A stretch of 64,000 nt of DNA. It comes from an uncultured delta proteobacterium. Lineage in GTDB: Bacteria > Desulfobacterota > Binatia > UBA9968. The notes beneath the pieces were generated by a model. That model did no database searches, was not told where the DNA came from, and saw only the letters and a list, made by a program, of their open reading frames with translations. This document shows positions 32,223 through 43,423 of the stretch, piece by piece. The stretch is from contig CAWDPO010000004.1 of NCBI GenBank assembly GCA_963804165.1, forward strand, positions 128,001-192,000, read 5' to 3'. The position numbers and the translations under genes were made by a program. The first letter of the stretch is position 1; each line of letters begins with the position of its first letter.

Positions 32223-32950
32223 ATGCTTCGCCGGTGGCAAATTTCTGTGTGCATGCTTTTCATGTCCAGCATCGCTTTCCTCGATCCGTCTAACCTTCAA
32301 GCGGCCGCTGTTGATGAAACGCTCGCCAAGATCAACCGCCTGGCGCCGGCCGAACGGCAAGCAACGCTGGTGCGCGAAGCCAAAAACGAACGCAGCGTCG
32401 TCTGGTACGCACCCATGAACCGCGAGGACCTGCGTCAGTTCACCACCGCGTTCGAAGCGGAATATCCCTTCCTCAAGGTTGAAATTTTGACCGGCGGACC
32501 ACAGAGTTTGCTCAATCGAATTCTGACTGAACATCGCGCCGGAAGATACAATTACGATATCCTCAATATTCGCAGCTCCGCTCTCTACACACTCAAGAAG
32601 GCGAACGCCATCGCCCGCCACGACTCACCGTATCGACGTGGCCTGCGCGCAGGATTCTACGATAAAGACGGCTATTTCAACGGTATCTGGGCTTCCCTCA
32701 TGGTCTATCTTTTCAATGCCAAGCAAGTCGATCGCGCGCAGGCACCGAAATCGATCAACGATCTGTTACAGCCAAAGTGGAAGGGAAAAATGGGCATGGA
32801 TCAAGACGCCGACGATTGGCTTGCAGCGGTGATGGAATACCACGGCGATGACAAGGGCAAACAAATCGCGCGCAGCCTGGGAGCGCAGCAGTTGAACATC
32901 CGCAAGGGGCGCACTCTGGTTTCGCAACTGGTCGCAGCCGGCGAGTACCC
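32223..32950 (+). CDS. ABC transporter substrate-binding protein (Fe3+/thiamine/spermidine-like), 3'-truncated at a junction
   Basis: Signal peptide, FEAEYPFLKVE, APKSINDLLQPKWKGK, LVAAGE; sequence then switches to ALDH. Confidence 0.8.
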
Positions 32951-33996
32951 GCTGCAGATGGCGGCCTGGAAGGTGTTGCCGGCCATCGCGGCCGGCAACA
33001 CCATCGTCCTCAAGCCGGCCGAACTCACCCCGCTGACCGCCTGATGTTCGCCGAGGTCGCCAGCAGGCCGGCCTGCCCGACGGGGTCGTCAACATCGTCG
33101 CCGGCACCGGTCCGACCGCCGGGCCAGCGCTGCTGCGCCATCCCGACGTCGGCATGGTCTCCTTCACCGGCTCCACGCGGTCGGGCCGACGGTGCTGGAG
33201 GCGGCCGCGGCACCGCCAAACGGGTCCACCTCGAGCTCGGCGGCAAGGCGCCGTTCGTCGTCTTCGACGACGCCGACCTTGAGGCCGCCGCCCACGGCGC
33301 GGTCGCCGGCAGCCTGATCAACACCGGCCAGGACTGCACCGCCGCCACCCGCGCCTATCGTCCACCGCCCCTGCTACGACCGGAGTTCGTCGACGGCGTC
33401 GCCGAGCTGACGGCCAGCGTCCGGCTCGGCCCGACCGCGGACCCGAACACCGACATCGGGCCCGCTCATCTCCTTGGCCCACCGCGACCGGGTCGCCGGC
33501 ATGGTCGAGCGCGCCCGCCGGCGTACGCCACCGTCGTCACCGGCGGCGGCGTCCCCGGCGGTGCCGCTGGCGCGGGGCCGCTACTACGACCCGACCCTCA
33601 TCACCGACGCCGCGCAGGACAGCGAGATCGTCCGCGACGAGATCTTCGGCCCGGTCCTGGCCGTGCTGCCCTTCGACACCGACGACGAGGCCATCGACCT
33701 GGCCAACGACACCCCGTACGGACTGGCCGCCTCCGCCTGGACCCGCGACGTCTACCGGGCGCTGCGGGCGACCCGCGAGATCCGGGCGGGCTGCGTCTGG
33801 ATCAACGACCACATCCCGATCATCAGCGAGATGCCCCACGGCGGCTGAAGGAGTCCGGCTTCGGCAAGGACATGTCGGGCTACTCCTTCGACGAGTACAC
33901 CGGTCAAGCACGTCATGTTCGACATCACCGGCGTCGCCGCAAAGGGCTGGCACGACAGATCTTCACCATCCGGCCACGGCCGGCCCAACCTCGTGA
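32946..33996 (+). CDS. gamma-aminobutyraldehyde dehydrogenase-like ALDH, 5'-truncated and frameshifted
   Basis: [62 protein letters not shown] across frames. Confidence 0.85.
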
Positions 33997-34764
33997 TCCC
34001 GGACCGGTCCGCCCCGTCGGCGCGTCGGTTCGCCGGACCAGGTCGGTGTGGTGACCGGCGCCGGCGGCGGATCGGCTCGGCCATCAGCGAGCGATTCGTC
34101 GCCGAGGGCGCCATCGTCGCGGTCTGCGACGCCGACGCCGCTGCCGCTGAAGTCGTCGCCGCTCGACCACAAGACGGTGGCGGCCGGGCGGGGCCTGTCT
34201 TCTTCGACGTTGCCGATGCGATGCCTGCGCTGCCGGTGTCGATGCTGGTTGGTCGCCACGGGCGGCTTGATGTGCTGGTGAACAACGCCGGGATCAACCG
34301 GAGGGGCGACCTGCTCGCCGTCGCCCGGCCGATTGGGACCTCAGCTTCGCGGTGAATGCACGCCTTGTTCCACCTGTGCCGGGCGGCCTTGCCGACATGG
34401 CCGCCGGTGGCGGATCGATGGTGAACACTGCCTCACAGTGGGGCCTCCAGCCGGCCCCTGGACACATCGCCTATAACACCTCGAAGGCCGCGGTGGTCTC
34501 CTTCACCCAGAGTCTGGCCCGCGACTATGCGCCGCATGGCATCCGGGTCAACGCCGTGTGCCCCGGCGAGATCCACACGCCGATGCTCGCGGCGGACTGC
34601 CCGGTCCGGACCGCACCGTCGCCGACCTTGACGGCTCGGTGCCGGCGGGCCGCATCGGCCAACCTGCGGAGGTGGCAGCGCTCGTCGCGTTCCTGGCGTC
34701 GGACGAGGCGCCGTTCATCTGCGGTGCGGCGGTCGAGATCACCGGCGCCCAGGCGGTGGCATGA
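33993..34764 (+). CDS. short-chain dehydrogenase/reductase (frameshifted)
   Basis: VTGAGGG, LDVLVNNAGI, YNTSK (YxxxK), IRVNAVCPG. Confidence 0.82.
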
Positions 34765-35499
34765 GCAGTACACTCCCCCCGTGCGGGCCGCGGAAACGGT
34801 TCTGGTCACCGGCGGGTCGCGAGGAATCGGCGCCGCCGTGGCGCGGGCGCTGCACCGAGACGGCGCGTTCGTCGTCGTGCACTGCGGGTCCAACCGCCAG
34901 CTCGCCGATCGCCTGTCACTGCGGCTGGGCGAACGCGCCACCGCTGTCTGCGTTGACCTGCTCAACCGGTCTGGCCCGACACCCTGTGGCAGGAAGCACT
35001 GGCCTGGCGGGGCGTAGTCGACGTTCTGGTCAACAACGCCGGCGCCTGGATCTCTTCGCCGGTCGAAGACCCGGCGAGTGGGCACAAGGCTGGGCCGACA
35101 ACTTGGCCCTCAACTTGCGTGCACCCGCGGACCTGGCCGGCACGCCATTCTGACATTCGTCAGCCGGCGGCGGCGTCATCATCAATGTCGCCAGCCGGTC
35201 CGCCCACCGGGCGATGACGCGGAACACCTGGCGTACGGCGCTGCCAAGGGGGTTGCTGGCGCTGACCAAGGGCATCGCCCGGGGATTCGCGGCGATCGGG
35301 TGCTCGCCTATGCCGTGGCTCCCGGGTGGGTCGCGACAGATCTCGGCTGACGCGGGCTGACCGAGGCCGCCGAGGGCTGCCGCTGGGAGAGATCACTCCA
35401 CCGGAAGACGTGGCCGAGATGATCGTGTTCCTCGCGTCGGGCCGTCCGCCATACGACGGGGCCACGATCGACATCACCGGCGCGGACTACATGCGCTGA
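34761..35499 (+). CDS. short-chain dehydrogenase/reductase (frameshifted)
   Basis: VLVTGGSRGIG, LVNNAG, YGAAK, VAPGWVAT. Confidence 0.8.
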
Positions 35500-36185
35500 C
35501 CGGTAGCCAGGTGGATCATCCCGGCCACCTCGTCAGCACTTCGGCCGATGTGATCGCGAACCTCGACAAGGATCGCCGCTTCGTCGCCGGAAGCGATGAC
35601 GTCGACCAGGCGTTGGTGCAGCTCGGCGTCGCGTGCAGGTGCGTGGCGGGTGGCCTGGTCCAGGTTCATCGCCATCTGAATCTGGGACTCGACGAACGGC
35701 CAGATCTTGGTCAGCATGGGGTTTCCCGAGGCTTCCCACAGCGTGCGGTGCAGGTCGAGATGGGTGCGGCTGGCCGCCACCGGATCGTCGGCTTGCAGGG
35801 CTTCGAGATGTCGGCGGAGCGCCCGGCGCAGGGACGCCATACCCGGCCCGTCTGGGTCGCGAGCGACCTTCAAGGCCGCCAAGGTCTCGAGCGACACCCG
35901 GACCTCGGCGACGTCGATGAGATCTTGAGCGCTGGGCTGAGCGACCCGCACACCTTTGTAGGGCTCCTGCACCAGCGAGCCCTCCGAGATCAACTGATTC
36001 ATCGCCTCCCGGACAGTCGGCCGGCTGATGCCCAGCATCGCGGCCATCGCGGTTTCTTTGATGCGTTGACCCGGCTCCAGCTCGCCAGACAACAGGGCCC
36101 GACGCATCGAGGCCACGGCCATCTCGCGGCGAGTGCTGTTGCTGATCGGCGAGAGCGCAGGGGTGTCGTCCTGGTCGATGGTCAT
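35487..36185 (-). CDS. GntR/FCD-family transcriptional regulator
   Basis: GELEPGQRI, LGISRPTVREA, LVQEPYKG, HRTLWEASGN. Confidence 0.88.
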   Translation of the reverse strand: MTIDQDDTPALSPISNSTRREMAVASMRRALLSGELEPGQRIKETAMAAMLGISRPTVREAMNQLISEGSLVQEPYKGVRVAQPSAQDLIDVAEVRVSLETLAALKVARDPDGPGMASLRRALRRHLEALQADDPVAASRTHLDLHRTLWEASGNPMLTKIWPFVESQIQMAMNLDQATRHAPARDAELHQRLVDVIASGDEAAILVEVRDHIGRSADEVAGMIHLATGQRM

Positions 36186-36216
36186 CACGTCCTCCTCCGG
36201 CCGACCCATCCTATGC

Positions 36217-36235
36217 CAGATCGTTTGACAATCTG
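36217..36235. promoter_or_regulatory. putative GntR/FadR-type operator
   Basis: Imperfect palindrome CAGATCGTTTGACAATCTG containing TnGT-N3-ACnA, between the divergent GntR and racemase genes. Confidence 0.55.
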
Positions 36236-36331
36236 CGCAGCGGTATCCTGGGGCTGTGTCCCGCCGAGCGCCCATGGGCCGGTGCACAACACCTGTGAAG
36301 GTTCGCCGAGTGGCGCAGGAAGGAACCCACC

Positions 36332-37400
36332 GTGGGTCAGGTACGCGTGATCGAGTCGATCGACGTGCACGCCGAGGGCGAGCCCGCCAGGGTCTTGTTG
36401 GGGCTGCATCTGAGTGTTCGGGGAGCGACGATGGCCGAACGGTTGCAGTGGTGCATTGACCATCTCGACCCGGTTCGACACCTGCTTCTGCACGAGCCCC
36501 GTGGTCACCCAGCCCTCTGTGGCGTACTGGTCCTGCCGCCGGCCACGCCGGACGGGGATGTCGGGATCGTCGTCGTCGAACAGGGCGGGTTCCGACCGAT
36601 GTCGGGCAGCAACACGATGTGCGCGGTGACGGCGCTCCTGGAGACCGGTGCCCTGCCGATGACTGCGCCGACGACGACGGTGCGGATCGATACCGCGGTG
36701 GGCAGGGTAGATGCCGTCGCTCGCGTCGAGGGTCGCAAAGTCGTCTCCGTGCAGGTGCACAACGTGCCGTCGTTCGTGGTCGGTTTGAGCGTCCCCGTCG
36801 ATGTACACGGCATGGCACTGTCGAGGCCGACATCGCTTTCGGCGGACAGTTCTACGTTCAGGCTCCGGCCGCGGCCTTGGGCGTTGAGCTCGGCGCGGCC
36901 AACGCACCCGCGATCATCCGGGCCGGTATGGGTCTGCTGGCGTCGCTCGCGAGCAGGTGACGGTGCGGCACCCCCAGTATTCGCAGATTGATCAGATCGG
37001 TCTGGTCATGCTGCACGGAGCATCATCCGAGGCCGGCATCGACGGCCGCAACTCCGTCGTCATGCCCAACGCCGTTCTGGACGCCCGAGATCCATGCAGC
37101 TGGAGGGGATCTCTTGACCGGTCTCCGTGTGGAACCGGAACATCAGCTCGGATGGCCTGTCTGCACGCCCGTGGGCAGTTGCCGCTCGGCCAGCCGTTCG
37201 TGCACCAAGGCGTGCTCGGCACCACGTTTACCGGAATTCTGCACGAACTGACGACCGTCGGCGACTTTTCGGCTGCGTGCCGTCGGTCGAGGGCAGAGCA
37301 TGGATCACTGGTCTCAACTCCCACATGGTTGACCCGGACGATCCGTTTCCGCAGGGATACACGCTCGGCGACGTCTGGGCCTCCTCACCGTCTGAGGGCG
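36332..37400 (+). CDS. proline racemase/hydroxyproline epimerase-dehydratase family (frameshifted)
   Basis: DVHAEGEPARV, EPRGH, PMSGSN, FGGQFY, DRSPCGTGTSAR, DPFPQGY. Confidence 0.87.
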
Positions 37401-37505
37401 GCGCAAAGCGCGACCCGGCCGCAGGAGCTCTTGGCCCTGGGCCTGGTCGGCGTTCTCCCTAGTCGACGCGAGACGGCGCAGCTCGGAAGGCCACACAAGC
37501 GCCCC

Positions 37506-38416
37506 TCAGGGATCGGCGAGCGCCGTCTGCGCCGAGGCTCGGAGGGCGGCGACCATGCCGGCCGATGGCGGGGTTGTGGCGGTCGGCCTGGTCAGGGCCT
37601 CGACGTGTCGGCGGAGGTGCAGCCCGGTCACGTCGACGTCGCGCAGGCCGAGGCGGCCGAGGTAGGCCAGGCGGGGGACCGCCGCGACTCCGAAACCCGC
37701 CCGGACGAAGCTGCGTACGACGTCGTAGTCGTTGCTGCGATAGCGGATGTGCGGGGTGAAGCCGGCGGCGGCGCAGGCTCGCTCGAGGGCCAAGGTGCCC
37801 GCGGTTCCCTCTCGGGTGGAGATCCACGAGGCGTCCGCGAAGTCGGTCAGCGGCACCGGTCCCGGCCGGGGCATTCGCCGCGGTCGGGCACCAGCAGCCG
37901 TACGGGCTCGGTGAGCAGCGGCGTACGCACACTGCCGGCCGGCCAGCTCTGCGGGACCAGGTCGTAGCGGAACACGACGATGACGTCGAGGTCGCCCTCG
38001 AGCAGCCTGGTCACCAGCTGGTGGGGCTCGCCGTCCTCGAAGCGCACCTCGACGTCGGGGAAGTCGCGCCCGAACCGGGCCAGGGCGCGGGGGATCAGCA
38101 CCTCGCTCGCGGTCGGGAAGGACCCGAGGCCGAGCCGCCCGCGGGTGCCGGCCGCGATCTCGCGCACTGCGTCCTGCAGGGTCGCGAACGCGCCCAGCGT
38201 CTCGATCGCCCGCTCACTGAGCAGCTGCGCCTCGGCCGTCGGCTCTTACCCCTTGGGCGCTCGCGCTCGAACAGCACGCAGTCCGCTGTCGGCCTCCAGC
38301 GCGCTCATCTGCTGCGAGACGGCCGAGCCGGTGTAGCCCAGGTGCCGGCCGGCGGCCGCGAACGACCCGGTGCGCAGCACGACCGACAGGGTCCGCAGGT
38401 GCAGGGGATTCAGCAC
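37506..38416 (-). CDS. LysR-family regulator (frameshifted)
   Basis: GSFAAAGRHLGYTGSAVSQQMSALE HTH; substrate-binding domain pieces in adjacent frames. Confidence 0.87.
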
Positions 38417-38426
38417 GTGGCCGTAC

Positions 38427-39336
38427 CTAGGGGCGAGGCTGCCGTCCACCAGCAGAGCGCCCAACTCCGCCAGCACGGACTCCGAGCCGTGCAGCGGACC
38501 GTCGTCGCGGGGCCAGGCGATCACGGCGTCGGTGAAGCCCAGCGCCGCCGCGCGGCCGAGATGGTCCCGCATCTGCTCCAGCGAACGGGGCGCGCCCATC
38601 CCGAAGGCCATGTCGAGCACCCGGCGGAAAACCTGCGCCCGGAGTTCCCTCAGGGTCCGGCGGCGTCGTCGAGCCGGCGTGCGGCCTCCGCCACGCCGAG
38701 CCACCACTCCTCGCCGCCCTGACCCGCGCCGGGTGGTTCGGCGACGCCGTTGGTGGCCCAACCGTCGCCCGATGCGCAGCGCCAGCCGCATGCCCCGCGG
38801 ACCGTTGCCCGGCGACGACGAGCGGTGGGCGCGGCTGTTGCACCGGTCCCGGGATCGTCCGCGCCTCGACCGCCGAGAACCAGTCGCCGGACCAGGTGGT
38901 CGAGGGTTGCCGCAGCAGCAGGTCGAGCAGCGTGACGAACTCCTCGAACCGATCGGCCCGCTCCCGTCCCGAGAGCGACCGGCCGCCCAGCACCGCGGCG
39001 TCGAATCCGGGTCCGCCGGCGCCGACGCCGACGAGCAGCCGGCCGCCGGACATCACGTCGAGCGTCATCAGCTCCTTGGCGAACGGGACCGGGTGCCGGA
39101 AGTTGGGCGAGGCGACGAAGGTGCCGAGGGTCAGCCGCGACGTCGTGAGCGCGGCGGCGGCCAGGGTCGGCACGGTCGCGTGCCAGGTCCGAGTCGGCGA
39201 AGGCCCGCCAGGCCAGATGGTCCAACGACCACGCGTGCGCGAAGCCGTACTCCTCGACCCGCGACCAGCGCCGGTCCTGCGCGGGGTTGACCTCGGGCAA
39301 CAGGGCCACCCCGACCTTGATCACGACATCGAGCAT
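38427..39336 (-). CDS. LLM-class (luciferase-like) flavin-dependent oxidoreductase (frameshifted)
   Basis: GFAHAWSLDHL, LGTFVASPNFRHPV, DVMSGGR..GVGAG, PVQQPRPP. Confidence 0.85.
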
Positions 39337-39453
39337 AAGGGATTCTTGTGGTGCCACGCACAGACTGTCGTCGTCGAGGCTCTCGATCGGCGTGCCTGAG
39401 CCCGTGCGATTCTGGAGGTACGCTTTCCCAACGTCGCTTGGAGATTCTTCGTC

Positions 39454-40643
39454 GTGAATGACCCGTTCGAGCTGGTCGACCAGTGGGGCCCAGAGAAGGT
39501 CGTGCTGGTCTCCGACCGTCGGTCGGGCATGCGGGGCGTGCTGGTGATCGACAACACCGCGCGAGGGCTGGGCAAGGGTGGCACCCGGATGAGCCCGACG
39601 CTGACCGTGGGGGAGGTGGCTCGGCTCGCCCGCACCATGACCTGGAAGTGGGCCGCCGTCGACCTGTTCCACGGCGGGGCGAAGGCCGGGATCCTCGGTG
39701 ATCCCCGCGGCCGCGGGCAAGGAGCGGATCCTGCGCGCGTTCGCCCGCGCCTTGGCCAACGAGGTCCCGTCGGAGTACGTGTTCGGCCTGGACATGGGGC
39801 TGGCCGAGGAGGATGCGGCGATCTTCGTCGACGAGCTGAACGACCGGGGCGTCTCCACCGGGCTGCCGCGCGCGCTCGGCGGCCTGCCGTACGACCAGCT
39901 GGGCGTGACCGGTTTCGGGGTCGCGGAGGCGGCGGACGCGGCCGCGCAGCTGATCGATCTCGACCTGCGCGGGGCGCGGGTGGCGATCCAGGGGTTCGGT
40001 GCCGTGGGGCGGGCCGCGGCCGAGCGGCTGCACGAGCTCGGTGCGGTCGTGGTCGCCGTCTCCACCGCCGCCGGCTGGGCGTACGACGCGGACGGGCTCG
40101 ATCTGGCCGAGCTCCTCGCCGCCGCCGCCGATCTCGGTGACCACTGCGTCACCGTGCACCCGTCCTTCTCGCCGGCCGCCCAGGATCTGCTGAGCGCACC
40201 CGTCGACGTCTTGATCCCGGCGGCCCGCGAGGACACCGTGGGCGTCGAGGTGGCCCGGTCGACCACGGCCCGGCTGGTGGTCGAGGGCGCGAACCTGCCG
40301 ACCACCGAGCCGGCTCGGCAGATCCTGCACCAGCGCGGCGTGGTCGTCGTGCCGGACTTCATCGCCAACGCCGGCGGCATCGTCGCGGCGGCCCACTCGA
40401 CCGACGCCCGCTACTCGCCGTTCGTGGTGGAGCCGGCCAGGATCTTCACGATGATCTCCGACAAGCTGCGGGGCAACACGGCCCGGGTGCTGCGGGACAG
40501 CGTCGCCCGCGGAGATCACTCCTCGGCAGGCCGCGATGGATCTCGCCCAGTCGCGGGTGCTGGACGCCATGGTGGCCCGGGGATTCCGGCCCGATCTCGA
40601 CCACGAGCTCCGGCAGCAGTCGTCCGCGCTGGTACCGGCCTGA
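39454..40643 (+). CDS. Glu/Leu/Phe/Val dehydrogenase family (frameshifted)
   Basis: GKGGTRM, MTWK, GGAKAG, TGFGVA, QGFGAVG, VEGAN, PDFIANAGG. Confidence 0.9.
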
Positions 40644-40668
40644 CCCGAACGACCGCGAAGGAGGCACC

Positions 40669-41889
40669 ATGAGCGACGACGCGCGCCGCCGATGGGCCCC
40701 TCGAGCACGTCGTGCCGTTGGTCGACGCCGGTCGACCCCGCTGCCCGCCGCGGCCGAGGTGGTGGTCGATCGGCGGCGGCATCATGGGCGCGAGCATCGC
40801 CTTCCACCTGGCCGAGGCGGGCGTCGACCGACGTGGTCGTGCTCGAACAGGGCACCCTCGGCTCGGGGTCGTCCGCGAAACCGCTGGGCGGGGTCCGGGC
40901 CACGTTCTCCGACGCGAACAACGTCCAGCTCGGGCTGCGGAGCCTGCGCGGCGTACGAGACCTTCGCCGACCGGTTCGGCATCGACATCGGCCTCCGCCA
41001 GGTGGGTTACCTGTTCCTGTGCCGGTCCGAGGCCGAGCTGGCGGCGGTGGAGGCGAGCGTCCGGCTGCAGAACCGACTGGGCTGCAACAGCCGGATGGTC
41101 AGCGCCGGCGGAGGCCTGCGAGATCAACCCGATGCTGGAGCCGGGCCCGCTGCTCGGCGCGTCGTTCTCGCCGCGGGACGGCTACGCCGAGCCCGCCCGG
41201 GTGGTCGAGGGCTACGCGCGGGCCGCCGCCGCAGCTCGGGGTCCGGTTCTGCGAGTACACCGAGGTCCTCGAGCTCGCCACCGACGCCGACCGGCGGTCA
41301 TCAGCGTCCGGACCCAGCGGGGGTGCGTCCGGGCCGGCACGGTGATCATCACCGCCGGGGCCTGGTCGACCAAGCTGGGCGCGATGCTCGGCGTGCACCT
41401 GCCGGTCGAGGCCGTACGCCGCCAGGTCGGCTTCACCCCGCAGCTGGCCGGCCGCACCCGACCGTGCCGTTCACCCTCGACCTGTCGACGACGCTCTACT
41501 TCCACAACTACCGCAACGGGCTGCTGCTCGGGATCTCCAACCTGGACGAGGATCCCGGCTTCTGCCGCGAGTTCAGCTACGGCTGGACCCGGGCCTTCGA
41601 CGCCGCTGCGGCGGTCGTCGCGCCGTCGCTGGTCGGGCAGCCGCTGGTCGGCGGCTGGGCCGGCCTGTACGAGAACACCCCCGACCACAACGCCATGATC
41701 GGCAAGGCGGCGGTGCCCGGCGTGCTGTACGCCACCGGGTTCTCGGGCCACGGCTTCCTGCAGGGCCCGGCCGTCGGCGAGATCGTCCGGGATCTCTACC
41801 TGGACAGGGATCCGTTCATGGACCCGACGGCCTTCAGCGCCGACCGGTTCGGCACCGGCGCGCTGCTGAACGAGGTCCACATCATCTGA
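40669..41889 (+). CDS. FAD-dependent amine oxidase, DAO/sarcosine oxidase beta family (frameshifted)
   Basis: IGGGIMG, WAGLYENTPDHN, ATGFSGHGF. Confidence 0.87.
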   Translation: MSDDARRRWAPRARRAVGRRRSTPLPAAAEVVVDRRRHHGREHRLPPGRGGRRPTWSCSNRAPSARGRPRNRWAGSGPRSPTRTTSSSGCGACAAYETFADRFGIDIGLRQVGYLFLCRSEAELAAVEASVRLQNRLGCNSRMVSAGGGLRDQPDAGAGPAARRVVLAAGRLRRARPGGRGLRAGRRRSSGSGSASTPRSSSSPPTPTGGHQRPDPAGVRPGRHGDHHRRGLVDQAGRDARRAPAGRGRTPPGRLHPAAGRPHPTVPFTLDLSTTLYFHNYRNGLLLGISNLDEDPGFCREFSYGWTRAFDAAAAVVAPSLVGQPLVGGWAGLYENTPDHNAMIGKAAVPGVLYATGFSGHGFLQGPAVGEIVRDLYLDRDPFMDPTAFSADRFGTGALLNEVHII

Positions 41890-41947
41890 GTCCGCAGCCT
41901 CGAGACCCTCGATCTCCTCCCGTAACCCTGGAAAGGCGCACCCCGTC

Positions 41948-43423
41948 GTGACCACCGCGCAGCTCACCGAGACGCGGCGCACCCTCGCGCTCGCCGACCT
42001 GCGGGCCGAGTTCGCCCTGCGCCTGGCCGAGCCTGTACGGGACCGAGGTGCCCGCCTACAACACGCTGGTCGAGGTCTCCCGCGAGGTGAACGCCGACCT
42101 TCATCGCCGCCCACGGCGCCGAGGCCGAGCGGCTCGGCAGCATCGACCGGGTGACCGCGGAGCGGCACGGCGCCATCCGGGTGGGGTCGCCGCGCGAGCT
42201 GGCCCAGGCCGCCCGGGTGTTCGCCGGCTTCGGGATGTACCCGGTCGGCTTCTACGACCTGCGGGACGCCTCGAAGAGCTCGGTGCCGGTGGTCTCCACC
42301 GCCTTCCGTCCGGTCGACGCCGACGAGCTGGCGCGCAACCCGTTCCGGGTGTTCACCTCGATGCTGGTCGCCACCGACCGGCGCTTCTTCGACGCCGGAG
42401 ACGCAAGCGCGGCTGGAGGACGTTCATCGGCGCCCGGACCCTGTTCGGGCCGGAGCTGCTCGAGCTGGCCGACCGGTCGGCCGACCAGCGGCGGACTCGA
42501 CGCCGCCGACGCCGACCGCTTCCTCGACCTCGCCACCGCCGCGTTCGAGCTGTCCACCGAGCCGGTCGACCACGACTGGTACTTCGCGCTGGAGCGGATC
42601 TCGGCCGTCGCCGCCGACATCGGCGGGGTGCCGTCGACCCACATCAACCACCTGACGCCGCGGGTGCTCGACATCGACGACCTCTACCAGCGGATGGAGG
42701 CGCGCGGCATCACCATGATCGACGAGATCCAGGGCCCGCCCGACTGGGAGGGGCCCGACGTCCTGCTGCGGCAGACCTCGTTCAAGGCGCTGGCCGAGGA
42801 GCGGCAGTTCCGGCACGCCGACGGCAGCGTCCGCGCCGGCTCGCTGCGGGTGCGGTTCGGGGAGGTCGAGCAGCGCGGCGTCGCGCTCACCGCCGCCGGG
42901 GCGCGACCTCTACGACCGGATGGTCGCCGAGGTCGATGTCCGCGCTGGCCGCGGCGCCGGCCGGCAGCCACCCGGGTCGAGGTGGCCCGCGAGGTGTGGC
43001 GGGAGAACCTGCCCCGCACCGAGCGGGAGCTCGCCGCTGCAGGGACTGGCGTTCTTCACCTACCGGCGTGCCGACCGGCGCGCCGTCGACGGCGTCAGCC
43101 GGCACGCGCTTCCTGCGGAGCTGGTCGAGGCCGGCGTGCTGGTGCCGGAGCCGATCGTCTACGAGGACTTCCTGCCCCGGTCCGCGGCCGGCATCTTCCA
43201 GTCCAACCTGACCGACGAGGGCACCCGGGACGACGACCGCTCGGCACGCCGTACGACATCGACATGCTGAGCGAGGTGATCGGCCGACCGATCGCCGACC
43301 CGACCGCGCTGTACGAGGCCCAGCAGAGCGCTTCGCTGGCCGCGGCCGCCGAGCAGCTCGGCCTGACCGCCATCACCACCGACTCCGCCATGCAACCCAC
43401 CCCGACACCGAGGACACTCATGA
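41948..43423 (+). CDS. hglS: 2-oxoadipate dioxygenase/decarboxylase (DUF1338/YdcJ family; frameshifted)
   Basis: ERHGAIRVG, PFRVFTS, HINHLTPRVLDID, LLRQTSF, RFGEVEQRG, YEDFLPRSAAGIFQSN. Confidence 0.88.

Noticed and set aside
32223-33044. Novel SBP-aldehyde dehydrogenase fusion protein
   Set aside because: Both halves are truncated and base composition changes at the join, so it is most likely a chimera artefact.
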